Source of the DNA: Malacoraja senta | Taxonomy: Eukaryota | Reading direction: 5' to 3' | NCBI GenBank assembly: GCA_038087875.1 | Contig: JAXLNO010000129.1 | Coordinates: 52,383-72,382 of the forward strand | Length of the DNA: 20,000 nucleotides | Shown: positions 19,601-20,000 of the stretch, in pieces | Numbering within the stretch: position 1 is the stretch's first letter | Layout of the letters: every line of letters begins with the position of its first letter | Notes under the pieces: model-generated | The model's database searches: none | Seen by the model: the letters and a program-made list of their open reading frames with translations, nothing else | What the model was told of the DNA's origin: nothing | Translations under genes and position numbers: made by a program

Positions 19601-19864
19601 ATTTAGTTTTAGTTTAGATACAGAGCAGAAACAGGCCCCTCGGCCCAACTAGTCCACACCAGCCAGCGATCCCCACACATTAACACTATCCTATACACAT
19701 TAGGGACAATTTACACATACACCAAGCCAATTAACCTACATTCCTGTGCGTTCTTTGGAGTGTGGGAGGAAACGGAAGATCTCGGAAGGAACCCGGTACA
19801 AACTCCGTACAGACAGCACCCGTAGTCGGGATCGAACCCGGGTCTCCGACACTGTAAGCGCTGT
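19601..19864 (-). mobile_element. 5'-truncated HE1-like V-SINE
   Basis: B box (GGATCGAACC on +), V-domain and 3' tail are present. The A box is missing. Confidence 0.85.
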
Positions 19865-20000
19865 CTGATTAGGTGTGAGAGATAGATTTTTATTAGGCAA
19901 TGTAATCAATAATAATAGAGCAAACGTGAAAAATTGCAGACAAATTATGAACCAAGAAGAAGATTGAAACATTTTGTGAGGCTGAATCCTGGTTCGATCC

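Noticed and set aside
19990..20000. GGTTCGATCC B-box at the window edge
   Set aside because: May begin another SINE fragment, but no A box lies upstream and the sequence ends here.

Overview
Eukaryotic, non-coding DNA packed with transposable elements. The repeat families point to a cartilaginous fish, probably a skate or ray (inference): HE1-like V-SINEs, HER1/CR1 LINEs, Rex1/Babar-like LINE 3' ends and Penelope-like element (PLE) debris. No host gene or intact autonomous element can be supported. Every long ORF is a decayed reverse-transcriptase fragment or the antisense of one. The most interesting signal is a family of about 15 short (60-250 bp) PLE-related insertions. Many retain a minimal hammerhead-ribozyme core (CTGAAGA-A-GGGT-CTCG-ACCC-GAAAC-GTC). 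Several have 13-14 bp target-site duplications (TSDs), and several are head-to-head inverted dimers. One dimer encloses a 61-bp copy of a sequence found 720 bp downstream. The window also holds a ~790-bp palindromic double MITE, an in-frame chimeric ORF built from three retroelement fragments, and a three-level nested insertion in an unclassified short retroelement. Family names come from motif recognition by eye, not database searches, and most boundaries are approximate (about +/-10 bp).
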